Translations under genes and position numbers: made by a program
Notes under the pieces: generated by a model
Told to the model about the DNA's origin: nothing
Databases searched by the model: none
What the model saw: the letters and a program-made list of their open reading frames with translations, nothing else
Part shown: piece after piece, positions 40,501 to 49,916 of the stretch
Numbering within the stretch: position 1 is the first letter of the stretch
How the letters are laid out: the number at the start of each line of letters is the position of its first letter
From: Bryobacterales bacterium
GTDB lineage: Bacteria > Acidobacteriota > Terriglobia > Bryobacterales > UBA6623
Direction of reading: 5' to 3'
DNA: 64,000 nt
Assembly (NCBI GenBank): GCA_963422375.2
Contig: OY729427.2
Span: forward strand, 1,312,001-1,376,000

Positions 40501-40826
40501 GCGTCCTGGCGATGAAATTGCCCTTGGCGCACGACCACCCCGGTCCGCTCGAACGGTCGGAAGCCCGCGCCTTCGATGCGGATCGAATACCTCCCCGGAG
40601 CGGGCGGACGAAAGGAATACGCGCCTGCCTTGTCGGACAGGACGGTCGCGGATTCACCGGTGTCGGCCCGGCTGATCGTTACGGATACGTCAGGGGCTCG
40701 AGCTCCAGAGGAGTAGCGGATCACACCTCCGATTCGCCCCGAAGGGTCGGCGGGCCCTGCGAGCGAAGGAGCTAGGGCCGCGGCCGCGATCAAGCCGAAG
40801 GTCGTGCTGCGCCAGCAAACAGTCAC
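37551..40826 (-). CDS. Oar-like TonB-dependent receptor with shortened plug region
   Basis: Carboxypeptidase-like N-domain, GTNEFHG, FGPRAGFAY, PRSVQFGLRFDF. Confidence 0.85.
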   Translation of the reverse strand: MTVCWRSTTFGLIAAAALAPSLAGPADPSGRIGGVIRYSSGARAPDVSVTISRADTGESATVLSDKAGAYSFRPPAPGRYSIRIEGAGFRPFERTGVVVRQGQFHRQDALLHPGEGRRAAARVRHANLPVEESRDRVTEARRARAPGGAGAGFLAFPAKRGTNEFHGGLYYRLGNDILNARGFFGARGKARRNAFGAFVGGPVVKDKTYFSYHYDRLSVRSGVQSGFGNSVPVESFRQGDFGRLLTGRTVASDALGRAILAGQIFDPASTRTHRGVPARDAFPNNAIPKAHPMRSRVSSRVVPFMVEPQRPGLEFNVQGNPVGDQIWVLDAPSHFFRLDHSFTRGFRTATDFSRASHPAVRNCGGAAGCRVSHDPSGRPEANADYYGTGVYEDVTTHHLRQRLVWAVAPNLLNQVTVGYDEFHVRGHAISAGAGWQDRLWGAGGNGLLATDAGAPALTFAGNTRYSPIGSEWGRAGFLANHQYSVAHHVTWVRGRHTFKTGAEFRHHRYPFRGWANNVSGTFDFHRSHTGGFDARGHNMTSTGDPFASFLLGQVNATHFQIPDSPTITESFVAWSVLGEYRATSSLTLTLGIRFDFQSALRERDDNMSTFDPNVPNPRAGGRLGAMIFAGKGPGRTGTRTLESPPKDAFGPRAGFAYRAGDRSVVRGAYGIYYSSVPHAQLEAVNTLGFRFHATANDLSNGRHPAYFLDDGFPPSNIVLPPSIDPSIGNNTSPVAVTRDRATLPRIQRWSLAIQRQLTRTATVDLSYEGNRGSRLIADRRVLGPAANANANSILDLGPSLLASRAGSASLATGVDLPYRGFARTVAQSLRPFPHMLNIGYLNVPAGNSFYHSLRTRVEKRFSAGAHLHASYAWSKLTGMGAGRTRVADGLGHGPQNPSDTHSLERGLSAEDVPHRVLAAFTHEVPFFRSPGLAAKVLGGWSVSGALRVESAAPVNVVMANDLQPFLHNGQKRPDVVSNRVRIDRGGSLDVAADSVFDRFAFADPGPLQFGDASRTMNFVRGFGHVSEDFSLFKDAWVSPKFKLRFETQIANAFNRTVFCDPNRNWSAASFGRVFAQCNSPRSVQFGLRFDF

Positions 40827-41101
40827 GAAGTGATCCGGCGGCGTCCGGACCGTGCGGAGCGGCCTTCCAAGTTGCCTCGCCTCTAGTTTCCGTCAAGGGC
40901 ACGTTCGATGGCAACTGCCGAGGTGCCGCGAAGCAGCGCGACCGACGGCGCGCCAAGTCGAGCGAGGCGCCACGCACCGTCCGGGCGCGGGCCGCGTGAA
41001 GGTGCCTCCTAAGGGACGCGAGAGCCGTGCGAGGCAGGGCCCTCGCGCCACTCGTCCGAGAACCGCGAGGATTCTCTCGGCCGCGGCCTGCGGGCGAGGC
41101 C

Positions 41102-44100
41102 CTAGAAAACGAACTTGAGGCCCAGCTGCATGATGCGCGGAGCGCGCGCGCTCGAAATGACACCGAAGTTCCGGTTGCCTACGTTCGCGTTCGGGAAGTT
41201 GAAGTTCGGGTGGTTGGGGAAGTTGAACGCCTCGGCCCGGAACTGCAGCCCGTACTTCTCTCCGAAGCGGATGTTCTTGTAAGCCGAGAAGTCCCATCCG
41301 GCCGTCGGAGGGCCGACGAGGATGTTCTTGCCCGCGTTGCCGAAGGTGAACGGCTGGTTCGGGACGAACGCGTCCTCGTTGTAGTAGCGGTCGGGATCGG
41401 GATTGCTAAGCTTCCAGCTGGCGCCGGGCACGACGTCGGGTCGGTCCCCGCCTCCGACGTTCGCCGGGTTGCCGGCGACCGTCAGGTGCTGCGGAGTGCC
41501 GGTTGTCAGGGTCACGATGGATCCGACGGACCAGCCTCCGAGCATGTGGTCCAGCGCGGAGTGCCAGCCGGAGCCGAACCGCTTGCCCCGCCCGAATGGC
41601 AGCTCGTAGACGAAGCTGCCGATGAACCGGTGCCGCATGTCCTGGGCGCCGTTGCCGCGCTCCCGCGTCCAGTCGAGGGGGTCGAGCACGAACCGCAGGT
41701 TCGAGCCGGGCGCGTCGCCCGAGCCCGTGACGCCCCTCGCGTCGCCGATCACGTGGGACCACGAGTACGAAAGGATGTACGTCAGCCCCTTCGAATAGCG
41801 CTTCTCGAGCTTCGTCTGCAGGCCGTGATAGAGCGTGCTCTCGCGATAGGCGTGCCGATTCATGCGGCCCAGAGTGATGAATCCTCCCGGGTCGGTGCCG
41901 TCGAAGCATAGGTCGCCGCGACAGGACGTGGGAATCTCCGTCTTGCTCCACGGACGGCGCGAGTTCGGATTGCCGGGTCCCGGGCGGGGTAGGTTCTCGT
42001 CGTACCTCCCGATCATATGGTTCATCTTGTTGCCGAAGTAGCCGACTTCCCACAGCGCGTCGCCGGGAATCGAGAACTGTAGATTGAAATTCCAGTTCTG
42101 CGCGAGGGGCCACTGGGGATCCCTCTCGAACGACGACATCTCCACGCCCTTGGCGTTGCGTGGGCTGATCGTGCCCGGCGGCAGCCCCTCGGAGTGCTTC
42201 AGGACCGGCTCCACCCTGCCGGTCGTCAGGCTGGACTTGATGTGGAAGGGAGGCATCGTTTCCATGAACTCCCCGCCGCCGGTGTTCGACATATTGCCGT
42301 AGAACACGCCGTAGGCCATGCGCAGCACCGTCTTCTCCGTCAGCCGGTACGCTAGTCCGAAGCGCGGCGCGAAATTGGTGTAGTCCGTGGTCATCAGTGC
42401 GCGATTGAAGTGGTCGCTCCCGTTGAGTCCGGCCACGTGGATGAATCCGTCGTCGCATCCGCGGCACGAACCCAGGTTGAAGTTGGCAATGCCGTCGCGG
42501 GTCTCCACGTAGGGCGGGTTCAGCTCGTACCGCAGGCCCAGGTTGAGCGTGAGCTTGTCATTCACCTTCCAGTCGTCTTGCGCATACAGATGGACGAAGT
42601 TGGTGCGCATATTCATGTACACCGTGTTGGACGCGCCGAATTCCCGGGCGTAGCCGAGGAGGAAATCGCCCATGGCATCGCCCGTGCCCTTGCGCTCCGC
42701 CGGCGCCTTCTCGGTAAACCTGCCGTCGTACCAGATGGTTCCCATCGTCCGCTGGGGATTGTCGATGAAGCTCTGCAGCCACCACGACTGCACGCCGAAC
42801 TTGATCGCGTGATTGCCGGTCGAATAGGTCGTATCCGCCGAGGCTTGGCGCGTCTGAGACTGGATCAGGTTCGGGCGGAACGTGTTGTTGCCGAGCTGGG
42901 AGTACCCGGTGATGTTCATCTCGTTGGTGCCGCGCAGGTGCTGGTTGAACCCCGCTATGCCGAGCTTGGCGTTGATGTTCTCCGTGATGTCGAGATGCGA
43001 CTCGACGTCCGTGTCAAGGTAGTTCCAGCCTGCGCGGAACGCGGTGATCAGCGTCGGCGACCACACTTTTTGGTAAGACGCAACGGTGTTGTTGCTGGTC
43101 ACGTTGACGAGGCCGCCACGAGACATCGAACCGAAGTCGGGAATCGCCGGGTAGCGCGGCGTGCTGCCGCGGTTCTGCTCCTGGCCGCTCCACCGGACGA
43201 AGAAATTGTCCGAGTCGGTGAGGTTCTGGTCGTAACGCATGTCGAACTTGTGGAAATCCTGGTTCCTAGGAGTCACGTAGGTGAAATTGCGGGTATTGCT
43301 GTCGTTGGCGGGATCGGGGTACCAATTCCGCATGATGTTCGTGACGCGGTCGAAGCGGTTCTGCGGAATCCGGTTGTTGGCGAAGGCCTGGCGTGTCGTG
43401 CCGTCCCACGTCAGCGGGTCGTAAACGGTGTCGAAGCCGGCGAAGTCCCCGTCGCGGACAGCCAAGGTCGGCACGGTCGACACGAATGTCGTCGATTCGC
43501 GCACGTCGGTGACCTCCATGTCGCCGAAGAGGAACGCCTTGTTCCTCTTGATCGGACCGCCGAGGGCGAAACCGTACTGCTTGCGCTTGAACTTCGGCTT
43601 CTCGCCGGTCGGGGCGAAGAAGTTGCGGGCGTCCATCGACTCGTCGCGGATGAACCCGAAGCCCGTGCCGTGCAAGCTGTTCGTCCCCGACTTGATCGAG
43701 ATGCTGACGATTCCGGCCGAGGTCCTGCCGTACTCGGCGGCGAAGCCGTTCGTGATGACCTTGAACTCGGAAATGGCGTCGATCGAGGGCTTCACGGCCT
43801 CTTTCTGGTTACCCTGCGACGCGATCGACTGGTTGTTGTTGTCCATGCCGTCGATCACGAAGTTGACCTCGGTGCCGCGCTGGCCGCCGATCGAAACGCC
43901 CTGCCCGCGCGACCGGACAGTACCGGAGGAAATCACGGCGAGCTGCAGGTAGTCGCGGCCATTGAGCGGGAGGTCCACGATCTGCCGGTTCTCGATCACG
44001 GTTCCCGCCGCGGCCTCGCTGGTTTGCAGCAGCGGCGCCGAGGCCTCCACCTCGATGATCTCGGTCACCGAACCGACTTCCAGGGCGATGTCGAGCTGGC

Positions 44101-44410
44101 GGACATCGCCGATGCTCAGATTGATGCCCGAGCCGCTATAGGTGCGGAAGCCGACGGCCTCCGCGACGACGATGTACTCGCCGATGCGGAGCGGCGTCGA
44201 GCGGAAGTTGCCCTCGGCATTCGTCTGAGCGGCATATTCCGTGCCGGTCGCGATGTGGTTGAACGTGATCCCGGCGCCGGGGATGACCGCCCCCGTGGCG
44301 TCGGTCACCGTGCCCACGATCAGGGCGGTGTCAAGTTGCTGGGCTGTCGCGAGCGGGACAAGCACCAAGGTCAAGCCGAGAGCCAAGCCCGGCAGCTTAC
44401 GCACGGTCAT
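41102..44410 (-). CDS. Oar-like TonB-dependent receptor
   Basis: LPLNGRDY, AEYGR, SGTNSLHG, NFAPRFGLAY, PRIMQLGLKFVF. Confidence 0.93.
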   Translation of the reverse strand: MTVRKLPGLALGLTLVLVPLATAQQLDTALIVGTVTDATGAVIPGAGITFNHIATGTEYAAQTNAEGNFRSTPLRIGEYIVVAEAVGFRTYSGSGINLSIGDVRQLDIALEVGSVTEIIEVEASAPLLQTSEAAAGTVIENRQIVDLPLNGRDYLQLAVISSGTVRSRGQGVSIGGQRGTEVNFVIDGMDNNNQSIASQGNQKEAVKPSIDAISEFKVITNGFAAEYGRTSAGIVSISIKSGTNSLHGTGFGFIRDESMDARNFFAPTGEKPKFKRKQYGFALGGPIKRNKAFLFGDMEVTDVRESTTFVSTVPTLAVRDGDFAGFDTVYDPLTWDGTTRQAFANNRIPQNRFDRVTNIMRNWYPDPANDSNTRNFTYVTPRNQDFHKFDMRYDQNLTDSDNFFVRWSGQEQNRGSTPRYPAIPDFGSMSRGGLVNVTSNNTVASYQKVWSPTLITAFRAGWNYLDTDVESHLDITENINAKLGIAGFNQHLRGTNEMNITGYSQLGNNTFRPNLIQSQTRQASADTTYSTGNHAIKFGVQSWWLQSFIDNPQRTMGTIWYDGRFTEKAPAERKGTGDAMGDFLLGYAREFGASNTVYMNMRTNFVHLYAQDDWKVNDKLTLNLGLRYELNPPYVETRDGIANFNLGSCRGCDDGFIHVAGLNGSDHFNRALMTTDYTNFAPRFGLAYRLTEKTVLRMAYGVFYGNMSNTGGGEFMETMPPFHIKSSLTTGRVEPVLKHSEGLPPGTISPRNAKGVEMSSFERDPQWPLAQNWNFNLQFSIPGDALWEVGYFGNKMNHMIGRYDENLPRPGPGNPNSRRPWSKTEIPTSCRGDLCFDGTDPGGFITLGRMNRHAYRESTLYHGLQTKLEKRYSKGLTYILSYSWSHVIGDARGVTGSGDAPGSNLRFVLDPLDWTRERGNGAQDMRHRFIGSFVYELPFGRGKRFGSGWHSALDHMLGGWSVGSIVTLTTGTPQHLTVAGNPANVGGGDRPDVVPGASWKLSNPDPDRYYNEDAFVPNQPFTFGNAGKNILVGPPTAGWDFSAYKNIRFGEKYGLQFRAEAFNFPNHPNFNFPNANVGNRNFGVISSARAPRIMQLGLKFVF

Positions 44411-44766
44411 TCTGAAATCCCTCTTCAAAGTGCGGGTCATTAATAGAATCCGAACTCCTCGGATCCGGGGGGCCGCCTGGCCCGGGCGCAGTTCCCCGCT
44501 CCTGCCCCACCGAATCTAGGTGTACCATGCCATCCGCCGCGCTGTCAACCGATCCGAGGCGCGCGACTGTTCCCGCGCGCGCCGGCCGGGATACCGGAGA
44601 CCGTGCCTTGGATTCACGCGAAATCACCGGCGGAGGATGGCCGGGGCCCGGCTGGCCCCGGCGGCCGACGCTGCCCGCCGGGCCGACATCGCCGGGAGCG
44701 CGCGCCGCCTCGCCGGGGGGCGGTTGCAAACCTCGCAAGCATGCTTTATCTTTCTTAAATGCTGCT

Positions 44767-45765
44767 ATGAGTGCGCCAGCCGTAGCCTCACTACGCACGC
44801 CTGCGGGCCGGGACCTCTGCGACCGGCTTCTCTACTACATGCTGATGATGCGCGAGCTCGAGGAACGCATCGAGCTCAAGCTATACCGCCAAGGCAAGAT
44901 TGTCGGCGGCTGCTACACCGGCCGCGGCCAAGAGGCCATCCCCGTCGGCAGCGCGATCCACTCGCGCCCGGGGGACTGGCTCACGCCCTCGCACCGCGAC
45001 ATGGCCGCTCTGCTGATCCGCGGCATCACGCCGCGCGAGATCCTCGCCCAGTACACGGGCCGCGCCGGGGGCCTCACCAACGGCCGCGACGGCAACATGC
45101 ACATGGGCTGCGCCCGGCGCCACTGCGTGCCGATCATCTCCTCCATCGGAGCGAGCATCCCCGTCGCCGGCGGCCTGGCGTTCGCGATGCGCTACCGCGG
45201 CGAGTCCAACATCGTCTTCAACTACTCCGGAGACGGCGCCACGAGCCGCGGCGACTGGCACGAGGGCCTGAACATGGCGGCGGTCATGCAGCTGCCGGTG
45301 GTCTACCTCTGCAACAACAACCTGTACGCCTACTCGACCCCGCTGGACAAGCAGATGAAGAACCCGCACATCGGCGAGCGGGCCGCCTCCTACGGCATCC
45401 CGTACGAGATCGTCGACGGGAACGACGTCTTGGCGGTCCACAATGCGGCGCAGCGGGCCGTGGCGCACGCCCGCTCGGGCGAGGGCCCCTACTTCGTGGA
45501 GTGCAAGAGCTTCCGCGTGAGCGGGCACTCGGCGCACGACCCCGCCGACTACGTGCCGAAGTCCTTGCACGAGGAGTGGGCGCGCAGGGATCCGATCCTG
45601 ATGCTGCAGAAGCACATGGTGGAAGAGCACGGCGCGGACGAGCAGGATTTCGTGAACCTACGCCGGCAGGTGCTCGCCGAGATCGAGGACGCCGTGGAGT
45701 GGGCCCTCGCGCAGCCCTTCCCGGATCCCGCCACATTGGAGGACAACGTCTACGAGCGGGTCTGA
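44767..45765 (+). CDS. 2-oxoacid dehydrogenase E1 alpha subunit (TPP-dependent)
   Basis: GQEAI, GDGATSRGDWHEGLN..NN, VDGNDV, GHSAHD. Confidence 0.93.
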   Translation: MSAPAVASLRTPAGRDLCDRLLYYMLMMRELEERIELKLYRQGKIVGGCYTGRGQEAIPVGSAIHSRPGDWLTPSHRDMAALLIRGITPREILAQYTGRAGGLTNGRDGNMHMGCARRHCVPIISSIGASIPVAGGLAFAMRYRGESNIVFNYSGDGATSRGDWHEGLNMAAVMQLPVVYLCNNNLYAYSTPLDKQMKNPHIGERAASYGIPYEIVDGNDVLAVHNAAQRAVAHARSGEGPYFVECKSFRVSGHSAHDPADYVPKSLHEEWARRDPILMLQKHMVEEHGADEQDFVNLRRQVLAEIEDAVEWALAQPFPDPATLEDNVYERV

Positions 45766-45791
45766 GCGCCCGAGCCGAGATGCGAGTCACG

Positions 45792-46766
45792 ATGGCCGAA
45801 ACAACCTACGTCGAAGCGATTCGCGAGGGGATCTGGGAGGAGCTGGAGCGCGACGACAGCGTCTTCGTCATGGGCGAGGACATCGGGGTCTACGGCGGCG
45901 CCTTCAAGATCACCAAAGGCATGCTGGAGCGCTTCGGGCCGCTGCGAGTCGTCGACACCCCGCTCTCGGAGTCCGCCATCGTCGGAGCCGGCACCGGCGC
46001 CGCGATCAACGGCCTGCGCCCGGTCCTCGAGATGCAGTTCGCGGACTTCATGGCCTGCGGCTTCGACCAGATCACCAACTTCGCGGCCAAGTGCCGGTAC
46101 CGCTGGGGACAGCAAGTCCCCATGGTCATCCGGGCGCCGGCGGGCGGCAACATCCACGGCGGCCCGTTCCACTCGCAGAACGTCGAGATGCCCTACGTGC
46201 ACACTCCCGGCCTCAAGGTGGTCCAGCCGGCCACGGCGTACGACGCGAAGGGCCTGATCAAGGCCGCGATTCGCGACAACGATCCCGTTATCTACCTAGA
46301 GCACAAGTACCTCTACCGCTCGGTCAAGGAGGAACTCCCGCCGGACGACTACACCGTGCCGCTCGGCAAGGCGGAGCTCCGCCGCGAGGGCTCGGACATG
46401 TCCGTCATCACCTACGGCTGGATGGTCCACGAGGCGCTCGCGGCGGCCCGGCAACTCTCCGGGGAGGGCATCAGCGTCGAGGTGCTCGACCTGCGCACGC
46501 TCGTCCCCCTGGACCGGCACGCGATCCTAGCGACGGCCAAGAAGACCAGCAAGGTCATCTTGTTGCACGAGGACACCTTGACGGGCGGTCTCGGCGGGGA
46601 ACTGGCGGGCATCATCGCCGAGCATGCCTTCGACTACCTCGACGGGCCGCTGGTGAGGATCGCCGCCCCGGACACGCCGGTGCCGTTCAGCGACGCGCTC
46701 GAGAGGGCGTTCCTGCCGAGCGCGGACAAGGTCGCCGAGAAGGCGCGCTGGCTGCACCGCTTCTAG
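45792..46766 (+). CDS. 2-oxoacid dehydrogenase E1 beta subunit
   Basis: MGEDIG.YGGAF, DTPLSES, EMQFADF, HSQ, LEHKYLY, DLRTL.PLD. Confidence 0.93.
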   Translation: MAETTYVEAIREGIWEELERDDSVFVMGEDIGVYGGAFKITKGMLERFGPLRVVDTPLSESAIVGAGTGAAINGLRPVLEMQFADFMACGFDQITNFAAKCRYRWGQQVPMVIRAPAGGNIHGGPFHSQNVEMPYVHTPGLKVVQPATAYDAKGLIKAAIRDNDPVIYLEHKYLYRSVKEELPPDDYTVPLGKAELRREGSDMSVITYGWMVHEALAAARQLSGEGISVEVLDLRTLVPLDRHAILATAKKTSKVILLHEDTLTGGLGGELAGIIAEHAFDYLDGPLVRIAAPDTPVPFSDALERAFLPSADKVAEKARWLHRF

Positions 46767-46878
46767 CCAGATGCCCGGCCAGCACCCCGCGATGCGAGAC
46801 AATTCGACAACGACCTCGGCCTCGCTCCCGGCGCGGGCCTCGCTCCCTCGCAGCGGCAGGGTCACGGAGCTGACAAGC

Positions 46879-48765
46879 ATGCCAGGCAATCGCAGAGCCT
46901 TCCTAAGAGCGACCGGCGCGGCCGTTCTCGCCGCGTCTCGCGCGTGGCCGGTACCCGGCCCGCGCCCTTGGCTGGCCGACGAGCCGGGCCGGGAATGGCG
47001 GCATTACGGCGGCACGGCCGGTGCGAGCCGCTTCTCGGCCGCCGACCAAGTTAACCGGTCCAACGTCGCCCGGCTCAGGCCGGCCTGGGTCCACCACACG
47101 GGCGACGCCATGGCACGGCCGCAGACGACCATCGAATGCACGCCCATCGTCGTGGACGGCATCATGTTCCTCACGACGGCACGGCTGAAGGTCCAAGCGC
47201 TCGACGCGACCACGGGCCGGCTCATTTGGACGTTCGACCCGCAAGCGAGTGCGTCGGCCCGCCGCAACCCCGGCGTGAGCCGAGGCGTGTGCTACTGGCA
47301 GTCCGAGGACGGCTCCCGCAAGCGGATCTTCAGCACGGTCCAGAACCGCCTGTACAGCCTTGATGCGGTTACCGGAGAGCCCGACAAGTCTTTCGGCTTC
47401 GACGGCATGATCGACCTCAACGAGAACTTGGACAGCGAGGTGCAGGGCGTCTCGGTGAAATGCACGAGCCCGGCCGTGGCCTACAAGGACCTGATCATCG
47501 TCGGAGGCGGCGGCGGAGAGGGACCGTATCCCCAGGCTCCGGGCCACATTCGCGCATTCGACTCGCTCACCGGGAAGCGCCGCTGGATCTTCCACACCAC
47601 GCCGCGCCCCGGGCAGTTCGGCTACGAGACATGGCCGCCGAACGCCTACAAGCACGCGGGCGGCACGAATAACTGGGCCGGCATGAGCTTGGACGTGGAG
47701 CGCGGCCTAGTGTTCGCCGGCATCGGCTCGCCCGCCTTCGACTTCTACGGCGGGGACCGCATAGGAGCCAATCTGTTCGGCAACTGCGTGCTCGCTCTCG
47801 ACGCCGAGAGCGGCGAGCGCGCATGGCATTTCCAGACCGTCCATCACGACGTCTGGGACTACGACCTCCCGGCTCAGCCGGCACTGATCCGCATGACCCA
47901 GAACCGCCGGACGTTCGACGCGGTCGTGCAGCCGACCAAGCAGGGATTCCTCTTCTTCTTCCACCGCGAGACGGGTCGGCCCGTCTGGCCGGTCGAGGAG
48001 CGCCCGATCCCGATGTCGGACGTCGGGGGCGAGCATCTGTGGCCGACGCAGCCGTTCCCCTTGAAGCCGGCCCCCCTTTCGAGGCAGGGATTCCACGAGC
48101 GGGACATCAGCGACGTTTCCCCCGAGTCGCGGGCTTCGGTGAAGAGCATCTGGGACGCGACCGACGCCGGGGACCTGTTCACCCCGCCGAGCACGAGAGG
48201 CACGCTAGTGCATCCGGGCTTCCGGGGCGGGTGCCTGTGGGGGGGCTGCTGCTACAACCCCGCCGCGAACCGCGTGTTTGCGAGCTCGGACGAGACTACG
48301 AACCGGATCGAGCTCAAGGCGGCGCCCGAGGAGGACTTCGACTACGCCTTGCCGGATCGGGGCGAGCTGCTCGACCACGAGGGCTACCCCGGGATCAAGC
48401 CCCCTTGGGGGTACGTCACCGCAGTGGACCTCGAGACCGGGAACTTCCTCTGGAGGGTGGTCAACGGGGAGTTCCCGGAGCTGACCGCTCGGGGCGTTCC
48501 GAAGACGGGCACGCCCTCGCACGGCGGCTCGATCGTGACGGCGGGCGGGCTGGTCTTCATGGCGGGCACCTTCGACGGGAGATTCCGCGCCTTCGACCAA
48601 GACACGGGCGAGGTGCTGTGGGAGACCCAACTCTCCGCGGCCGGCTTCGCTACTCCCTGCACCTACGAGGCCGACGGCAAGCAGTTCGTAGTCATCGCCG
48701 CCGGGGGAGGCAAGGGCAATTCGCCGTCTGGCGACGAGTTCGTCGCTTTCGCGCTGGACGGCTAG
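46879..48765 (+). CDS. PQQ-dependent dehydrogenase (quinoprotein glucose/quinate dehydrogenase family), Tat-exported
   Basis: RRAFL signal; WHFQTVHHDVWDYDLP, PPWG, TAGGLVF, ATPCTY. Confidence 0.9.
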   Translation: MPGNRRAFLRATGAAVLAASRAWPVPGPRPWLADEPGREWRHYGGTAGASRFSAADQVNRSNVARLRPAWVHHTGDAMARPQTTIECTPIVVDGIMFLTTARLKVQALDATTGRLIWTFDPQASASARRNPGVSRGVCYWQSEDGSRKRIFSTVQNRLYSLDAVTGEPDKSFGFDGMIDLNENLDSEVQGVSVKCTSPAVAYKDLIIVGGGGGEGPYPQAPGHIRAFDSLTGKRRWIFHTTPRPGQFGYETWPPNAYKHAGGTNNWAGMSLDVERGLVFAGIGSPAFDFYGGDRIGANLFGNCVLALDAESGERAWHFQTVHHDVWDYDLPAQPALIRMTQNRRTFDAVVQPTKQGFLFFFHRETGRPVWPVEERPIPMSDVGGEHLWPTQPFPLKPAPLSRQGFHERDISDVSPESRASVKSIWDATDAGDLFTPPSTRGTLVHPGFRGGCLWGGCCYNPAANRVFASSDETTNRIELKAAPEEDFDYALPDRGELLDHEGYPGIKPPWGYVTAVDLETGNFLWRVVNGEFPELTARGVPKTGTPSHGGSIVTAGGLVFMAGTFDGRFRAFDQDTGEVLWETQLSAAGFATPCTYEADGKQFVVIAAGGGKGNSPSGDEFVAFALDG

Positions 48766-49081
48766 GCAACCCTAGACCCGGTAAGACAGTCCCGTGCGGG
48801 AATGCACGGGACAGGCATCTCGCGCTCAATCGAACGGAACTTGCTGCCCTAGCAATCCGAATAGCCGCGAAGGTTTCCGTACTTGGACCGTTCCCCAGGG
48901 CACTGTGCGCGTGCTAGGAACTGCGGTCACAATGGGAATACTTGGGCTCGCTGCCCGAGGACTGGTGCCCGGCTATGCTACGACAAGGCTCGCCGATGCA
49001 GCACCTTCGGTCAGCCGACTTCCCGTCCCATTCGTCCTCGTCGGCGCGCCATGATGTCCAGTCCTAGCGTAAGACCTGGAA

Positions 49082-49306
49082 GTGCTGTCGGAGAGATATA
49101 GGCGGAACCGGTTGGCGTTTGCCCGGGTGCATGCCATGGGGCCGGCACGGGGGCTTGCCGAGGGGCAGGCCGAGACACAAAGGAGGTGGGCGGAATGGAA
49201 TAGCCGACGCGAGCAAGCGCTGGCCATAGGAGTCCCGTCCGACGAACCGTTTCCGGACCAAGGCGACACGCAGCCCGACGATTCAGCGCGCCACCCGTGC
49301 CGGTGA
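49082..49306 (+). pseudogene. Possible decayed small gene
   Basis: LSERYRRNR..ARGLAEGQAETQRRWAEWNSRRE..GVPSDEPFP reads protein-like; upstream in-frame stops. Confidence 0.3.
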
Positions 49307-49575
49307 CCGGCCCCAGCTCGCCCGTCTCGCTGCTGGCGTGAGCAGCGCGGAGCCCGCCTCGAGAACCAAGGATCGTGCATGGCGTTGCGAGAGAATTCTA
49401 TGGCAGTTACGCCCGACCGCGCACTACCTCTCTTCGATCATCCTCGACCGCACCGACGAGGGCGATACATTGCCCTCGTCTAGCGCAGAACGCTCCGTAC
49501 CCGAGGCCTGGATTTGGGCTGTCGCCAGCCAAGCAGGACTGCCGCAGAACCGGCCGTTGCCCGACTCAGGCCCTG

Positions 49576-49782
49576 CTACTGTATCCCGCTCGGGCCGGCA
49601 GCGAGGATGCGCCCCGGCAGCGTGAAGATTCCCCGCAGCAGTCCCAAGGCCCCGTCAACTACGATGCCGAGGAGCCGGAATGGCAGCAGCGCGAGCCAGA
49701 CGAACGGGTAGGCAACCAAGGCGAGCAAGGCCAGTGGCCAGCACAGTACCAGCAAGATCAACCAAAGCAGGAACTTGAGCAT
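49576..49782 (-). CDS. Small membrane protein (68 aa)
   Basis: GAGG RBS, hydrophobic MLKFLLWLILLVLCWPLALLAL..LPFRLLG. Confidence 0.75.
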   Translation of the reverse strand: MLKFLLWLILLVLCWPLALLALVAYPFVWLALLPFRLLGIVVDGALGLLRGIFTLPGRILAAGPSGIQ

Positions 49783-49916
49783 TTCCGATCCTCGCGGCTC
49801 AGTTTCGCATACCGCCCGGGCCGGCGCTCATGCGACCTACGAGCCCGCCATTGGGACTACAGAGGCATCCGTACGGAGGATTTCGACGGCCGATGCCCGA
49901 CCGGCCGCCTGCGCGC

